From positions 13,927 through 77,926 of the forward strand of contig CAZBME010000015.1 of assembly GCA_964492965.1 (NCBI GenBank): DNA of 64,000 bases, written 5' to 3'. The stretch is from an uncultured Syntrophaceae bacterium (GTDB taxonomy: Bacteria; Desulfobacterota; Syntrophia; Syntrophales; UBA8958). Positions within the stretch are counted from its first letter, which is position 1, and every line of letters begins with the position of its first letter. Shown here one piece after another: positions 51,105 through 59,505 of the stretch. The notes under the pieces are model-generated. The model had not been told where the DNA came from and made no database searches. It worked only from the letters and a program-made list of their open reading frames with translations. The translations under genes were made by a program, and so were the position numbers.

Positions 51105-51860
51105 TTATTTGGAAATCTTGCCCAAACGGATCGATTTGAATTGCCGGTACAGCAGGTAGCCTCCCCATATAAAGGCGATGATCATGAGCAGGGCACCGAT
51201 CTGATTGGAAAATACGGCCATGATGTGGTCGTATTTGAGCCATCCCAGGTCTCGCAGGAGATGATGCCAGTCGTGAAAGTCGGGGTTGTCGCTCCCGATG
51301 TTGCCGCCGAGCAGTGGCAGTTGCAGGGCTTGAGCGTCATTGATATAGGGCGCAAGATCCATGAAGCTCTGCCCCGTCCACCAGAGTGCCACGGATGCGG
51401 CGAAAGGATTTCGATAAAAAAGGAAAGTGCCCATACAGATGAGAGGCATCAGGATCTGACCGAGTGATCCGCCTAAAACGCCCAGAAAATGGCCCAAAAA
51501 ACCAAAAATGACGTGCCCGGCTTCATGAAAGGCCAGATTGACCCCATGCAGGAAGGTTCGGGCAAAATAATCGCTGGCCATGGGCGTCGCGATGAATTTC
51601 CACCCCCAGATCAGAATGATCAGAAAGGCAAGCATCCTGCCCGCCCAGAAAAAGGGGTTTTCTTCCTGGCCGGAACCAAGGAGAGAGGCCTTTATCGTAT
51701 CGGCCCATCGGTTTTCCGTGGCCGGGTCCGATGGCTTTATCTCGATTTCCGGCGTGATATGGCCATAGTCTTCCGGCGTCAGCTTGGCAAAGATAACACC
51801 GCAACCCATGCATTCAAGCTTTCCTTCTCCCTGCTGTGCGCCGCATTTTGGACAGATCAA
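51105..51860 (-). CDS. Zinc-ribbon plus membrane metalloprotease-like (HExxH) protein
   Basis: CPKC...CMGCG, FHEAGH in a TM region, GGSLGQ, APYIND, HDW; TTG start after GGAGG. Confidence 0.75.
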   Translation of the reverse strand: MICPKCGAQQGEGKLECMGCGVIFAKLTPEDYGHITPEIEIKPSDPATENRWADTIKASLLGSGQEENPFFWAGRMLAFLIILIWGWKFIATPMASDYFARTFLHGVNLAFHEAGHVIFGFLGHFLGVLGGSLGQILMPLICMGTFLFYRNPFAASVALWWTGQSFMDLAPYINDAQALQLPLLGGNIGSDNPDFHDWHHLLRDLGWLKYDHIMAVFSNQIGALLMIIAFIWGGYLLYRQFKSIRLGKISK

Positions 51861-52038
51861 TGATCAACCTCCGGCCCGGAAAGGTAAAAAGTGATTCTTA
51901 CTTTTATACGGCATGGGATAAAACGCAATTCTTTTCTTTAATGATCTTGATGCCTATGATATGCGTTGCCCTTTTTCCGGAGATGTAATATTAAGCAATG
52001 GATTATTTTGAAATGTGATGAGAAATGGAATTTAGCAT

Positions 52039-53346
52039 ATGGAAAAGCAGGAATACGCGGAATTGATCATTGAAGGTATGGCGCCCATTCGCCTCCGGAC
52101 TATCCAGGGCACCGAAGGGGGCCTGGCCATTGACGTCAGCGAACTCTATAAAAAATGGGGCATCCTCACATGTGATCCCGGGTATATGAGCACGGGAAGC
52201 TGTTATTCGGCCATATCCTATATTGACGGCGGAAAGGGCGTCCTGCGTTACAGGGGTTATAACATCCAGGATCTGGCAGTGAGAAACGTCGGTTTTGTGG
52301 AAACGGCCTGGCTTCTGATTCACGGCAATCTGCCGACGCCCGAAGAAAGGCTTTACTTCCGGGATCTTTTAACAAACCAGGAGATTCTTCATGAGGGGAT
52401 GTTGAAATTTTTTGATTCACTGCCGCCTTACGGCGATCCCATGCCGATTCTTTCAGCCGCTGTCCAGTGCAGCAGCCTGTACCATCCGGAGTTGCGGGCG
52501 ATCGATCCCGGGGATACGGATGCCTTCATGGTGGCAGCAGCCAAGCTGATCAGCAAGGTCCGGACAATTGCCGCCTTCAGCTACAAGAAATCCATCGGCA
52601 TGCCCTTCGAGTATCCCGATCCGGCCCTGGATTACTGCAGTAATTTTCTGCACATGATGTTTTCTCTGCCCTATAAGCGATATGGCGCATCACCCATGGT
52701 GATCGAGGCCCTGAACCTGTTTCTGATGCTTCATGCCGACCACGAGCAAAACTGTTCGACCTCGACCGTGCGAATGGTCGGCTCTTCCAAGGCGAATCTC
52801 TTCGATTCCGTATCTGCCGGTATCAGCGCCCTTTCAGGTCCTCTCCATGGCGGCGCCAACCGGGAAGTCATCAACATGCTCAAAGAAATTCATGCCGGGA
52901 AGATAACCGTAAAGGAATTGATCGCTTCCGCCAAGTCGAAAAGCGGATCAAAAATCCACGGGTTCGGGCATCGTATCTACAAAACCTACGATCCCCGTGC
53001 TTCGGTATTGAGGGGGTGCGTCGATCGCCTCCTCAAAGATCTCAATGCAAGCGATCCCCTGCTGGAAATCGCCCGGGAGCTGGAAGGAGAAGCCCTGCAG
53101 GATGATTACTTCAAGGAAAAGGGGTTGTACCCGAACATTGATTTTTACTCGGGCATTCTTCTGCGGTCCATCGGCATCGAGGAAAACATGTTCACGGTTA
53201 TATTCGCCATTGCCCGGATGGCCGGCTGGATCGCCCACTGGCGGGAGGGAGCCCTTGAGGAAAATGCGCGGATTCAGCGTCCGCGGCAGATCTATATCGG
53301 GATGAAGGAAAGGCCTTTCCCGGACAAAAGAGTCGTCTCGAAATAA
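52039..53346 (+). CDS. gltA: Citrate (Si)-synthase, type II-like
   Basis: DPGYMST, LRYRGY, HADHEQNCST, GPLHGGAN, GFGHR, YPNIDFYSG. Confidence 0.93.
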   Translation: MEKQEYAELIIEGMAPIRLRTIQGTEGGLAIDVSELYKKWGILTCDPGYMSTGSCYSAISYIDGGKGVLRYRGYNIQDLAVRNVGFVETAWLLIHGNLPTPEERLYFRDLLTNQEILHEGMLKFFDSLPPYGDPMPILSAAVQCSSLYHPELRAIDPGDTDAFMVAAAKLISKVRTIAAFSYKKSIGMPFEYPDPALDYCSNFLHMMFSLPYKRYGASPMVIEALNLFLMLHADHEQNCSTSTVRMVGSSKANLFDSVSAGISALSGPLHGGANREVINMLKEIHAGKITVKELIASAKSKSGSKIHGFGHRIYKTYDPRASVLRGCVDRLLKDLNASDPLLEIARELEGEALQDDYFKEKGLYPNIDFYSGILLRSIGIEENMFTVIFAIARMAGWIAHWREGALEENARIQRPRQIYIGMKERPFPDKRVVSK

Positions 53347-53397
53347 TTGACATTGTAAGGTATTCATGGCATCTCCGCTTCGTAAACCACATTATCA

Positions 53398-53426
53398 TTG
53401 ACTTTGCGGTGGCGGTCGGTTAAAAT
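53398..53426 (+). promoter_or_regulatory. Sigma70-type promoter for plsC-ftsK
   Basis: TTGACT, 17 nt, TAAAAT. Confidence 0.55.
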
Positions 53427-53479
53427 ATCGAGGTGTTTCAAAAGCTTATCGTGGAAGATCCATCACAGAACGGGGGGAT

Positions 53480-54211
53480 ATGATCCGATCGGCATTCCTG
53501 GTAGCCATCAGCGTTGCGATTACGGCGTTCTTTTCAGTTTTTGTCATTGTTCTGGCCCTGTTAAGGGCCGGAGAAAACTCGCTCCATAAAGTGGCGAGGA
53601 TATGGGCCGCCATCATCCTGAAGATATCGAGCGTCAAGGTCGACATGATCGGGCTGGAAAATGTTTTACGCAGCAAGCCACAAGTTTTCATGTCCAATCA
53701 TCAAAGCGATTTCGATATTCTGATTGTTCTGGCCTTTATTCCCGGTCAGTTTAGGTGGATTGCCAAAAAGGAACTCTTCCGGATCCCCGCTTTTGGAAGG
53801 GCCATGAGAAATGCCGGCTACATCGAAATGGACCGGCAAAATCATGAACGCGCCATGCAAAGCCTTGGCGTTGCCGCCCAGAAAATAAGGGAGGGTAAGT
53901 CCGTCATGAGCTTCCCGGAAGGAACTCGCAGCCGGGACGGGAAAATAAAGGGCTTCAAACAGGGAATGTTCCACCTGGCCCTGCATGCCGGTGTTCCCAT
54001 TGTTCCCATATCGATCATCGGCGCCTCGGAAATCATGCCCAAACGGTCCCTCAAGATCAATCCTGGGACAATTACCATGGTCATCGGCAAGCCGATCGAG
54101 GTGACACCTTACACAACGGAGACCCGTCACGAACTGATTGAAAAGGTGCGAGGGGTTATTGTCGAAAACTTCAATGCCTGGCGACGGCCCGGCGCCCCCA
54201 GGGCGGAATAG
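53480..54211 (+). CDS. plsC: 1-acyl-sn-glycerol-3-phosphate acyltransferase
   Basis: NHQSDFD, AKKELF, FPEGTRS. Confidence 0.9.
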   Translation: MIRSAFLVAISVAITAFFSVFVIVLALLRAGENSLHKVARIWAAIILKISSVKVDMIGLENVLRSKPQVFMSNHQSDFDILIVLAFIPGQFRWIAKKELFRIPAFGRAMRNAGYIEMDRQNHERAMQSLGVAAQKIREGKSVMSFPEGTRSRDGKIKGFKQGMFHLALHAGVPIVPISIIGASEIMPKRSLKINPGTITMVIGKPIEVTPYTTETRHELIEKVRGVIVENFNAWRRPGAPRAE

Positions 54212-54229
54212 ACCCGGATAGGCTCACCT

Positions 54230-56410
54230 ATGGCAGAAAAAGCTTCGTTTGTGAAAAGGCCATGGGAAATGAAGGGCATATCTTGTCTTGCGGCAGGTCT
54301 TTTCCTTTTGTTGTGCCTCGTCTCCTTTCATCCCCTGGACCCCTCCTTTACCCATTTCGTAGCCGAAGATGTCGCAGTGCATAATCTCATCGGCTCTTTC
54401 GGTGCTTATACCGCCGATATCATGGTTCGCCTCCTGGGATTTGGCGCCATCTTTTTGCCTGTCATCCTTTTTATCTGCGCCTACCGGTTTTTCCGGGAAC
54501 CCTCCTTCGAGATCGGACGGGCCGCTGCAGGAGGCTTTGCCTGTTTTCTCCTTTCCTTTTCCGGCCTGATGGCCCTCCTCATCACCAAGATTCAAGTCTA
54601 CGGCCTGATGTTCCGCGCCGGCGGCATTGTAGGATACGGCGTTCAGACCTATCTGAATTACTATTTCAATGTCGTGGGCTCGTATATCCTTGTTCTTTTA
54701 GTCCTCATCCTTTCGCTTATGATGACCATGGACCTGTCCCTTGTATCCCTGAACAACCGTTTGATGATCTTCCTGTCGCTCCTGTGGGGAAAGCTGAAGG
54801 GGCAAATGGAAAAATGGAGAACAAAAAACCGCACGGAAATTGACGTCCCGACACCGTTGCCTCTCAAAGAAGAACCGGAATCCCGCGATATCCTGGTGAT
54901 TGAAGAAGTTCGTCCCCCAGTGGTGGTGAAGAAGCCCCGTCCCGAACAGGAGCCGGGGGTCAAACAGGTGCATTTCGATTTTATTGATTCGAGCGGCCGT
55001 TTCAGCCCGCCGCCGGTCACCCTGCTCGAACAGACCGACCGGAAGGATACGAGGGTCAAGCGGGAGAGCCTGGTGGTCAATTCCCGCATTCTGGAGAAGA
55101 AGCTCTCCGATTTCGGCGTCGAGGCCAAGGTTGTGGAAGTCCGGCCCGGTCCGGTCATCACCATGTATGAACTGGAACCGGCGCCAGGCGTTAAGATCAA
55201 CCGGATTACGAATCTCTCCGACGATCTGGCGCTGGCCCTTAAGGCCTCCAGCATTCGGATCCTTGCCCCCATCCCCGGCAAGGCCGCCATCGGCATTGAA
55301 ATTCCCAATCAGGAGCGGGAGTCGGTGTCCCTGCGGCAGGTTCTCGATCACGACACCTTCATGGAATCCCGCTCGAAGCTGCCTATTGCACTGGGGGTTG
55401 ATATTGTGGGGATTCCCGTCATTGCGGACCTGATTCGCATGCCCCACCTGCTGATTGCCGGCACCACCGGGTCGGGAAAGAGTGTCTGCCTGAACGCCAT
55501 GATCTGCAGTATCCTGTTTAAGGCCTCCCCGGAAGAGGTCAAGTTTCTCATGATCGACCCCAAGCGGCTGGAGTTATCCTCCTACGAAGGCGTTCCCCAT
55601 CTGCTCCATCCCGTCGTCGTGGACCCGAAACAGGCTTCCCTGGTCCTGCGCTGGGCCGTGGAAGAAATGGAACGGCGCTATAAATTGATTGCAGAACGGG
55701 GCGTTAAAGGCATCGATTCCTTCAACCGGCTGATCGGAAAAGAAGGCCTCAAGATACCCCGGCTGCCGTATATCGTGATCATTATCGACGAACTGGCGGA
55801 CCTGATGATGGTCGCCCAGCGCAATGTCGAGGAATCCCTGGCCCGCATCGCCCAGATGGCCCGGGCCTCCGGCATTCACCTCATTCTGGCCACCCAGCGG
55901 CCTTCCGTCGATGTCATTACGGGGGTGATCAAGGCCAATTTCCCGACGCGGATTTCTTTCCAAGTCTCATCCAAGGTCGATTCCCGGACCATCCTCGATC
56001 AACTGGGCGCGGAAGCCCTTCTCGGTGCGGGAGACATGCTGTTCATGCCCCCCGGAACCTCCAAGTTGACGCGCATCCACGGCGCCTATGTGTCGGATAA
56101 GGAAATCGACAGGATCGTGGATTTTGTCAAGCAGCAGGGCAAACCGGCCTATGATGAATCGATCGTGGAATATGAAGAGGAAACGGCAACCGCCGAGAAG
56201 AGCAGCGAAGGTTACGACGAGAAATACGACGAAGCGGTGGAACTGGTGACCGATCTGGGGCAGGCCTCCATCTCCCTCGTTCAGCGCTATATGAAAATCG
56301 GCTACAACCGCGCCGCTCGGATTATTGAGCGCATGGAGGCGGAAGGCGTCGTCGGCCCCTCCGACGGGGTCAAACCGAGGAAGGTCCTGGCCCGAAAAGC
56401 CCCCCCCTGA
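54230..56410 (+). CDS. ftsK: DNA translocase FtsK
   Basis: N-terminal TM domain, PHLLIAGTTGSGKS, IIDELADLM, ATQRPSVDV, gamma domain IGYNRAAR. Confidence 0.97.
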   Translation: MAEKASFVKRPWEMKGISCLAAGLFLLLCLVSFHPLDPSFTHFVAEDVAVHNLIGSFGAYTADIMVRLLGFGAIFLPVILFICAYRFFREPSFEIGRAAAGGFACFLLSFSGLMALLITKIQVYGLMFRAGGIVGYGVQTYLNYYFNVVGSYILVLLVLILSLMMTMDLSLVSLNNRLMIFLSLLWGKLKGQMEKWRTKNRTEIDVPTPLPLKEEPESRDILVIEEVRPPVVVKKPRPEQEPGVKQVHFDFIDSSGRFSPPPVTLLEQTDRKDTRVKRESLVVNSRILEKKLSDFGVEAKVVEVRPGPVITMYELEPAPGVKINRITNLSDDLALALKASSIRILAPIPGKAAIGIEIPNQERESVSLRQVLDHDTFMESRSKLPIALGVDIVGIPVIADLIRMPHLLIAGTTGSGKSVCLNAMICSILFKASPEEVKFLMIDPKRLELSSYEGVPHLLHPVVVDPKQASLVLRWAVEEMERRYKLIAERGVKGIDSFNRLIGKEGLKIPRLPYIVIIIDELADLMMVAQRNVEESLARIAQMARASGIHLILATQRPSVDVITGVIKANFPTRISFQVSSKVDSRTILDQLGAEALLGAGDMLFMPPGTSKLTRIHGAYVSDKEIDRIVDFVKQQGKPAYDESIVEYEEETATAEKSSEGYDEKYDEAVELVTDLGQASISLVQRYMKIGYNRAARIIERMEAEGVVGPSDGVKPRKVLARKAPP

Positions 56411-56472
56411 AAGATGCCGTCGGTTCTGTCAAGAGATTATTCTGGGTACATGGGTAAGGTTTTTATATTAAA

Positions 56473-56525
56473 GCCCAAGGCAAAACAGCCGACCGCTACG
56501 CTCCGGCTGAATTTTTCGTTACGAC
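56473..56525 (+). mobile_element. Degenerate attC-like site upstream of the nicotinamidase gene
   Basis: CAGCCG-ACCGCTACGCTC-CGGCTG core, L' GCTGAAT, 5-nt spacer, R' GTTACGA; left R'' box decayed (GCCCAAG). Confidence 0.5.
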
Positions 56526-56547
56526 CAAAATAATCGGGAGGAGAAGA

Positions 56548-57210
56548 ATGGTGAATAAATGGGGAGTCATTGTTATAGACATACAAGGCGACTTTACGGA
56601 ATGGAAGCAGGGTAGCCTTGCCGTGCCCGGTTCGGACGAAGGTTATGTAAAAAGTGTTGAGACCACCACCCGGCAACTGAAAGAGCTTGGCGTCGCTATT
56701 TTTGGCACTCAGGATTGGCATACCCCTGATCACGTCTCTTTTGCTACCAGCCATCCGGGAAAGAGACCTTTCGAGACAGTGGTGATTGGTGGAGAAACGC
56801 AGGTTCTCTGGCCGCCCCATTGTATCCAGGGGACGGAGAATGCCCGTGTACTTATAGACAACAACCTCCTTCTTGCAGTGGTAAAGAGTGCGCAAAACGA
56901 TGATGTTGAAAGCTATTCCTTCTTTCAGGACGGGAACGGCACAAAAACAGAAATGGACACCATACTGCGGATAAATGGGGTTGAGAATGTTATCGTCTAT
57001 GGGATTGCCACAGAATACAGCGTGAGGGCAACATCTCTGGACCTTGTTGCGGCCAACTACAAAACCACTGTCATTGGCAGTCTGTGTCGAGGCGTTTCTT
57101 CCGACATTGCGGCAGTCGCACTCGATGAGATGAGAAATAAGGGTGTGAGGGTGATCACCACACCGGAAGAGATCATTGAGGAAATCCGTCGGGAAAATGC
57201 CTGCAAATGA
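56548..57210 (+). CDS. Nicotinamidase/isochorismatase family protein with catalytic Cys replaced by Ser
   Basis: IDIQGDF, GSLAV, TQDWH, WPPHC, ESYSFF, GIATEYSV (normally DYCV); RBS GGAGG. Confidence 0.88.
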   Translation: MVNKWGVIVIDIQGDFTEWKQGSLAVPGSDEGYVKSVETTTRQLKELGVAIFGTQDWHTPDHVSFATSHPGKRPFETVVIGGETQVLWPPHCIQGTENARVLIDNNLLLAVVKSAQNDDVESYSFFQDGNGTKTEMDTILRINGVENVIVYGIATEYSVRATSLDLVAANYKTTVIGSLCRGVSSDIAAVALDEMRNKGVRVITTPEEIIEEIRRENACK

Positions 57211-57249
57211 ATATATGGAAAAGCTGATTATATCGGGAATTTCGGTAAA

Positions 57250-57308
57250 GTCACAACCTCCGCATCCACCGGATCGGAGCAAGCTGCATCTCTTCTGCTG
57301 ATGCTGGT
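57250..57308 (+). mobile_element. Degenerate attC-like site downstream of the nicotinamidase gene, interrupted at its R' box
   Basis: R'' (G)TCACAAC, 5-nt spacer, L'' CAT(C)CACC with an extra C, L' GCTGATG. Confidence 0.5.
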
Positions 57309-57489
57309 GTATGCTGGGCATGGCAAAGAGCTATCAGGGGCGAACGTTCCTGAACCAAGTTCTCGCGGAGCCGGAGGCTAGGAGAATGACAAGGGCGTCA
57401 TCGTAAGGCGGGCCTGGAGGACGCCCAATCCGAAAGCACGGGGCGACAGGACCGGAGAAACAGGGACATCGATTTGCCTGCTACTCAAC
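57309..57489 (+). mobile_element. Internally deleted group IIC intron remnant (5' domain I plus domain VI/3' end; no ORF, no domain V)
   Basis: Starts GTATGCTGGGCATGG; contains CAAGGGCGTCATCG...CTGGAGGACGCCC; ends GAG..CAGG..CCTGCT-A-CTCAAC with the A at position -7. Confidence 0.7.
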
Positions 57490-57518
57490 TGCGGCATTTT
57501 TCAAAGGTCTCAATTAAC

Positions 57519-58391
57519 CTATAATGCCAATCCCAATATACGGCCGGCATTTCTGAGATACACCTTTTCCAGAATATCGGTTTTATATCCTTCATTCACC
57601 CAGTCCTGAAACAGGCGCTCATAGGAAAACCAGGGATGGTCGGAACCGAACATAAACCGGTCCTGGAGCCGTCCGTTGATCTCACGCTTCAATTCCGGGG
57701 GGAAGTACTTCGGAGACCAGCCGTGAAGTTCGTTATGGACATTCGCTTTATGCATCAACACCGCGATCATTTCATTCTGGAACGGCCATGCGCAATGGGC
57801 GGCAATGATGGTCATGTTGGGATATTGTATGGCAACCTCATCAACATAGGGGATGGGATTTTCATAGCCCAGATGAACCCCGCCGCCGCCGGGCGTTCCC
57901 TGACCGACGGCCGTCATGCCGACGGACAACTTGACCGGAAGGCCGGCTTCGGCACATACATCAAATAAAGGCCGGTATAATTTATCGTTCACCGGGATGC
58001 CCGTCAGAATCGCACCGGTATAGATACCCATCATGCCTGCATCCTTGATGCATCTTTCCAGTTCCCGGGCGCCGGCATAACCGAGCCGGGGATCAATGTC
58101 GCCCCAACAACCGAGAACGGTGTCCGGATAGGTCTTTTTAAGATGGCCCATGTAATCATGCATTTCCCTGATCTCGGCCATATCCCGACCCGCTTTGGCA
58201 AAGCCCATGGGGCTCATTAAAATGGCCTTGACGCCCGCATCTCTGATCCCGTCGATAAACTCTCTCTCCGGCATGAAAGCGGATTCTCTCTTGAATACGT
58301 TACGGGCCAGCGTTTCAATGCCTTCCGGATCGGGGTGGTAAGGCATGGACTCTCTGGTGAAAGTCTGCACCTGGACATCAATGGCTTTCAT
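57519..58391 (-). CDS. Amidohydrolase_2 family protein (CouO-like) with an altered metal site
   Basis: GQGTPGGGG, IIAAHCAWP, GWSPKYFP, FGSDHP; N-terminal IDVQVQ in place of IDxHxH. Confidence 0.85.
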   Translation of the reverse strand: MKAIDVQVQTFTRESMPYHPDPEGIETLARNVFKRESAFMPEREFIDGIRDAGVKAILMSPMGFAKAGRDMAEIREMHDYMGHLKKTYPDTVLGCWGDIDPRLGYAGARELERCIKDAGMMGIYTGAILTGIPVNDKLYRPLFDVCAEAGLPVKLSVGMTAVGQGTPGGGGVHLGYENPIPYVDEVAIQYPNMTIIAAHCAWPFQNEMIAVLMHKANVHNELHGWSPKYFPPELKREINGRLQDRFMFGSDHPWFSYERLFQDWVNEGYKTDILEKVYLRNAGRILGLAL

Positions 58392-58440
58392 GCGCCTGTC
58401 TCCCTTCATCATGATCGGTTCTGTTGAATCCCCTATCCTG

Positions 58441-58869
58441 TCATGCGGCAATATATATCCCCCGCCTTTCCTTCCTGATCTTACCCATTTTCTCCGCTCT
58501 GTAAATAACAGCCCAGATCTGTTTATCCGTCAAACCCGTCCTCTTTTTCAATTCCGTTGTCGTGATACCCTGCTTGCTATCCAGAATGAGCTGCAGGACC
58601 GTATTCATTTTACTGCCCCTTTTCGCTTTCTTCCCTTCGGCGGTTTTGGGGACCGCTTTCTTTAGCTCACGCGCGTTCCGCGCCGGTTTTTCTTCCCCGG
58701 TTTTTGCTTGACGGGCCGTTCCCCTCGCAGAAACCTTGACGGAACTCACCGTCATGCCGACCAACATGGATTGAATTTTGTCAAAATAGGTTTTCACAAA
58801 CTTCTCGGACCCTTCAATCTCAATCTCTTTCGTGATCGGATTAAACTTGATGCGCGACTGTTCCGTCAT
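58441..58869 (-). CDS. Basic hypothetical protein with a C-terminal winged-helix-like domain
   Basis: EIEIEGSEKFV N-terminal domain, K/A-rich linker, GITTTELKKRTGLTDKQIWAVIYR...GKIRKERRGIY; RBS AAGGAGG. Confidence 0.75.
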   Translation of the reverse strand: MTEQSRIKFNPITKEIEIEGSEKFVKTYFDKIQSMLVGMTVSSVKVSARGTARQAKTGEEKPARNARELKKAVPKTAEGKKAKRGSKMNTVLQLILDSKQGITTTELKKRTGLTDKQIWAVIYRAEKMGKIRKERRGIYIAA

Positions 58870-58978
58870 GGATTCTCCTCCTTAAGTGATGAAATGGTTT
58901 TATGACTTGCCGAAACACTATCGATAATTTTACAATGAGTCATAGTATTTTGCAAAAGGTATTAATAGAAATTGTTTC

Positions 58979-59008
58979 CCCGGATTCCGGCCCTTGTCGG
59001 AATGACGG
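58979..59008 (-). repeat. GTCATTCCG...CGGAATCC type REP-like palindrome
   Basis: Minus strand CCGTCATTCCGACAAGGGCCGGAATCCGGG. Confidence 0.55.
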
Positions 59009-59063
59009 TATGCGCCCAATATGTTATAGAGATATACCTTTTTGGAAGAGCGACTGATAAATC

Positions 59064-59105
59064 AAAAAGCCCCTCTATAAAATTTTATAGAAGGGCTTTC
59101 TTTTT
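59064..59105. terminator. Intrinsic terminator (bidirectional) downstream of the 91-aa gene
   Basis: AAAAAGCCCCTCTATAAAATTTTATAGAAGGGCTTTCTTTTT. Confidence 0.75.
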
Positions 59106-59155
59106 GGAGGAACACAGATCAGTAGTTATTGTTCTTGTATTTTAGTGTTCCTGGT

Positions 59156-59431
59156 TTAGCTCACCATGGTTTTCACTGCATCAATAACCGGGCTCGTGAA
59201 CAGGGCGATCAAGACCGTGTAAAGAGCGAAGGCACCGACTGCTTCATTCGTGTACATCTTCTCAAATTTCTGTTTCATGGAGATGATGATCATCCCGCCG
59301 ACAATCAGGGCGCCCAACTGGAAGTAAGGAAAGTTACCCGCACCTGCTGCTGCATATTCCGCAAAGCTGAAAGTTGCCGTGAAAAGAACCACCGTGGCCG
59401 CTACCATCATTGTTCCGAATGTCTTTTTCAT
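59156..59431 (-). CDS. Small hypothetical membrane protein with a signal peptide
   Basis: MKK-hydrophobic-SFA signal, two further TM helices; RBS AGGAGG. Confidence 0.75.
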   Translation of the reverse strand: MKKTFGTMMVAATVVLFTATFSFAEYAAAGAGNFPYFQLGALIVGGMIIISMKQKFEKMYTNEAVGAFALYTVLIALFTSPVIDAVKTMVS

Positions 59432-59488
59432 GATCTGTGTCCTCCTATGTCCATTTTTTATTATTTGTTTTTGTTTGACTTTATGTAT

Positions 59489-59505
59489 TGCTTAAAGCGT
59501 GCCAA
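59489..59505 (-). promoter_or_regulatory. Sigma54 (-24/-12) promoter
   Basis: Minus strand TTGGCACGCTTTAAGCA (GG-N10-GC) about 58 nt upstream of the ATG at 59431. Confidence 0.7.

Noticed and set aside
56446-56473. dif-like site after ftsK (TTATATTAAAG resembles a XerD arm)
   Set aside because: The spacer is off by one and the XerC arm does not match
56437-57321. 294-aa minus-strand ORF over the nicotinamidase gene
   Set aside because: Antisense shadow with no recognisable motifs; the plus-strand gene has clear family motifs and an RBS
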